A stretch of DNA of 5,877 nucleotides from NCBI RefSeq assembly GCF_009805595.3, contig NZ_VMQO03000007.1:1-5877 (forward strand), in the 5' to 3' direction. Every line of letters starts with the position of its first letter. Position 1 is the stretch's first letter. Below the pieces are notes generated by a model that was not told the origin of the DNA, searched no databases, and saw nothing but the letters and a program-made list of their open reading frames with translations. The position numbers were made by a program, and so were the translations under genes. Of the stretch, positions 4,771 through 5,877 are shown piece after piece. This stretch comes from Candidatus Tremblayella phenacoccinincola. GTDB lineage: Bacteria; Pseudomonadota; Gammaproteobacteria; Burkholderiales; Burkholderiaceae.

Positions 4771-4782
4771 CCCAGTTGTTAT

Positions 4783-4855
4783 GCCGATATAGTTCATTTG
4801 GAAGAACAACTGACTTGTAATCAGTAGGTAGTCGGTTCGAGTCCGACTTTCGGCA
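4783..4855 (+). tRNA. tRNA-Thr (anticodon UGU), 73 nt, no encoded CCA
   Basis: The sequence is GCCGATATAGTTCATTTGGAAGAACAACTGACTTGTAATCAGTAGGTAGTCGGTTCGAGTCCGACTTTCGGCA. D-stem GTTC/GAAC, anticodon stem ACTGA/TCAGT, loop CTTGTAA, T-arm GTCGG-TTCGAGT-CCGAC. The acceptor GCCGATA/TTTCGGC has a T6-T67 mispair. Confidence 0.95.
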
Positions 4856-4869
4856 TTTATTAACTAAAA

Positions 4870-4941
4870 GCGAATATAGTATAAAGGTTATTATTCTAGC
4901 CTTCCAAGTTAGAGATATGGGTTCAATTCCCATTATTCGCT
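4870..4941 (+). tRNA. tRNA-Gly (anticodon UCC), 72 nt, no encoded CCA
   Basis: The sequence is GCGAATATAGTATAAAGGTTATTATTCTAGCCTTCCAAGTTAGAGATATGGGTTCAATTCCCATTATTCGCT. The acceptor GCGAATA/TATTCGC is perfect. Anticodon loop CTTCCAA, T-arm ATGGG-TTCAATT-CCCAT. It is collinear with E. coli glyT. Confidence 0.95.
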
Positions 4942-4976
4942 TATATGAATATGCTATCTGTTATCTAGAAGCGGTA

Positions 4977-5049
4977 GCTGATATAGCTTAGTAGGTTAGA
5001 GCACATCTTTGGTATAGATGAGACGTCGGTTCGAGTCCGACTTTCGGCA
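4977..5049 (+). tRNA. tRNA-Thr (anticodon GGU), 73 nt, no encoded CCA
   Basis: The sequence is GCTGATATAGCTTAGTAGGTTAGAGCACATCTTTGGTATAGATGAGACGTCGGTTCGAGTCCGACTTTCGGCA. Anticodon stem CATCT/AGATG with loop TTGGTAT. The T-arm and 3' acceptor strand are identical to those of the UGU isoacceptor. Confidence 0.93.
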
Positions 5050-5105
5050 TTCGCTTTCGTCAAACGCTTTCGTCATTCGCTTTCGGCTTTCGCTTTCGTC
5101 AAACG
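5041..5105 (+). repeat. Degenerate tandem repeat of CTTTCG (6 copies) starting inside the tRNA-Thr(GGU) 3' end
   Basis: CTTTCG occurs at 5041, 5054, 5067, 5080, 5087 and 5093, with periods of 13, 13, 13, 7 and 6. A perfect 15-mer CGCTTTCGTCAAACG occurs at 5052-5066 and 5091-5105. The exact 3' acceptor strand TTTCGGC (5042-5048) recurs at 5081-5087. Confidence 0.9.
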
Positions 5106-5161
5106 TCAGACAGTTATTGCTTTTATCTTTTATAGCTTATGTATATAAACAACCATATTCT

Positions 5162-5877
5162 ATGCTTGAAAAACCTATAATAGAAAACCGTATCTTAAAA
5201 CTAGAAGAGAGGTTAAGGCTTTTAAAAGATAAGATAAGCTTTGAAGTTAAGAAAGAAAAGATTAATGACTTAGTTAATAAATTAAATAATAAAACCATAT
5301 GGAATAATAAAAGCCTAATAAAAGAATTAAATAGAGAGCTTTCTTTACTTAGGTTTGATGTTTCAATATTAGATAAACTATTAGAAGACTTTAGAGACAT
5401 TAAGGAAATATTTAGGCATATAACAGCTAATCTTAATAAAGCAACATCAATTACTTTATTTGATATAAACAATGAGTTATGCGTATTAGATAAAAAGATA
5501 GAACAACTAGAACTTAGCTTAATGTTTAAGGATAAGTCAGATATGTTAGATTGTTATATAGATATTCAGGCTGGTACTGGAGGCGTTGATTCTCAAGATT
5601 GGACAAGCATCTTATTACGTATGTATCTTCGTTGGGCAAGCATGCATAGGTTTAAAACAGAAGTTATTCATGAGATGGTTGGAGATCTAAATAAACCTAA
5701 GTCTGTTACTATTAAAGTATTAGGTGTCTATGCTTATGGTTGGTTAAGAACTGAAACAGGAATTCATAGGTTAGTGCGTAAGAGTCCTTTTAGTTCTAAT
5801 GGGAAACGGCACACTTCTTTTAGTTCTATATATGTTTATCCAGTGATAAGTGATGATATTAATATATATATAACTCC
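5162..5877 (+). CDS. prfB: Peptide chain release factor 2, N-terminal 238 codons (3'-truncated by the window edge); absent from the ORF track
   Basis: Manual translation starts at ATG 5162, the first start after an in-frame TAA at 5147-5149. The frame stays open to the window end. DCYIDIQAGTGGVDSQDW..ILLRMYLRWA....FKTEVI......G.KSVTIKV.G.YAYGWLRTETGIHRLVRKSPF.S.GKRHTSFSS..VYP matches E. coli RF2, including the RF2-specific SPF tripeptide (5783-5791). Confidence 0.95.
   Translation, partial: MLEKPIIENRILKLEERLRLLKDKISFEVKKEKINDLVNKLNNKTIWNNKSLIKELNRELSLLRFDVSILDKLLEDFRDIKEIFRHITANLNKATSITLFDINNELCVLDKKIEQLELSLMFKDKSDMLDCYIDIQAGTGGVDSQDWTSILLRMYLRWASMHRFKTEVIHEMVGDLNKPKSVTIKVLGVYAYGWLRTETGIHRLVRKSPFSSNGKRHTSFSSIYVYPVISDDINIYIT

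Noticed and set aside
5162-5260. Programmed +1 frameshift site in prfB
   Set aside because: I looked for CTT TGA and an upstream SD-like element. Neither is present and the frame is uninterrupted.
5137-5472. 111-aa minus-strand ORF
   Set aside because: It is antisense to the N-terminal part of prfB, and its AT-rich, Leu/Ser/Asn-dominated sequence has no motifs.
1-5877. Mobile element, prophage, toxin-antitoxin, restriction-modification or other defence or accessory island
   Set aside because: Every ORF of meaningful length is accounted for by housekeeping genes. No transposase, integrase or nuclease-like translation appears in any frame, and no terminal inverted repeats with target-site duplications were found.

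Overview
This is an AT-rich, gene-sparse window. About 71% of bases fall inside my calls, and GC is roughly one third by eye. It reads like the chromosome of a strongly reduced obligate endosymbiont, probably derived from Betaproteobacteria. That attribution is inference from the CspA and tRNA sequence flavour, the lysine-pathway genes kept next to core translation genes, the shortened proteins, and the near absence of Shine-Dalgarno sequences and intrinsic terminators. Gene order: dapD(-), rpsB(+), a small ISC-type [2Fe-2S] ferredoxin(+), dapA(+), cspA(-), rpmG(-), rpmB(-), tRNA-Lys(CUU)(-), tRNA-Thr(UGU)(+), tRNA-Gly(UCC)(+), tRNA-Thr(GGU)(+), and prfB(+), which runs off the 3' edge. rpmG and prfB are missing from the supplied ORF track, so I found them by manual translation. 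I see no mobile element, CRISPR array, toxin-antitoxin pair or defence system, and I do not claim a new protein system. The unusual part is the non-coding DNA. Four spacers are strongly strand-asymmetric low-complexity tracts: 127 nt with no G at all, and two others at about 3% G. They share ordered motifs such as ACACATCC and AACACAACC and are full of short tandem duplications. Two of them bracket the ferredoxin gene in opposite polarity. Other points worth a second look: the two tRNA-Thr genes share an identical 27-nt 3' half, including a shared acceptor-stem mispair; the tRNA trailer is a tandem amplification of the tRNA's own 3' acceptor sequence; G9, G6 and C7 homopolymers with a GC-clamped hairpin sit in the dapD/rpsB divergent region; S2 has lost most of its coiled-coil; the ancestral dapD-glnD-map/rpsB-tsf neighbourhood has collapsed; and prfB has no programmed frameshift.
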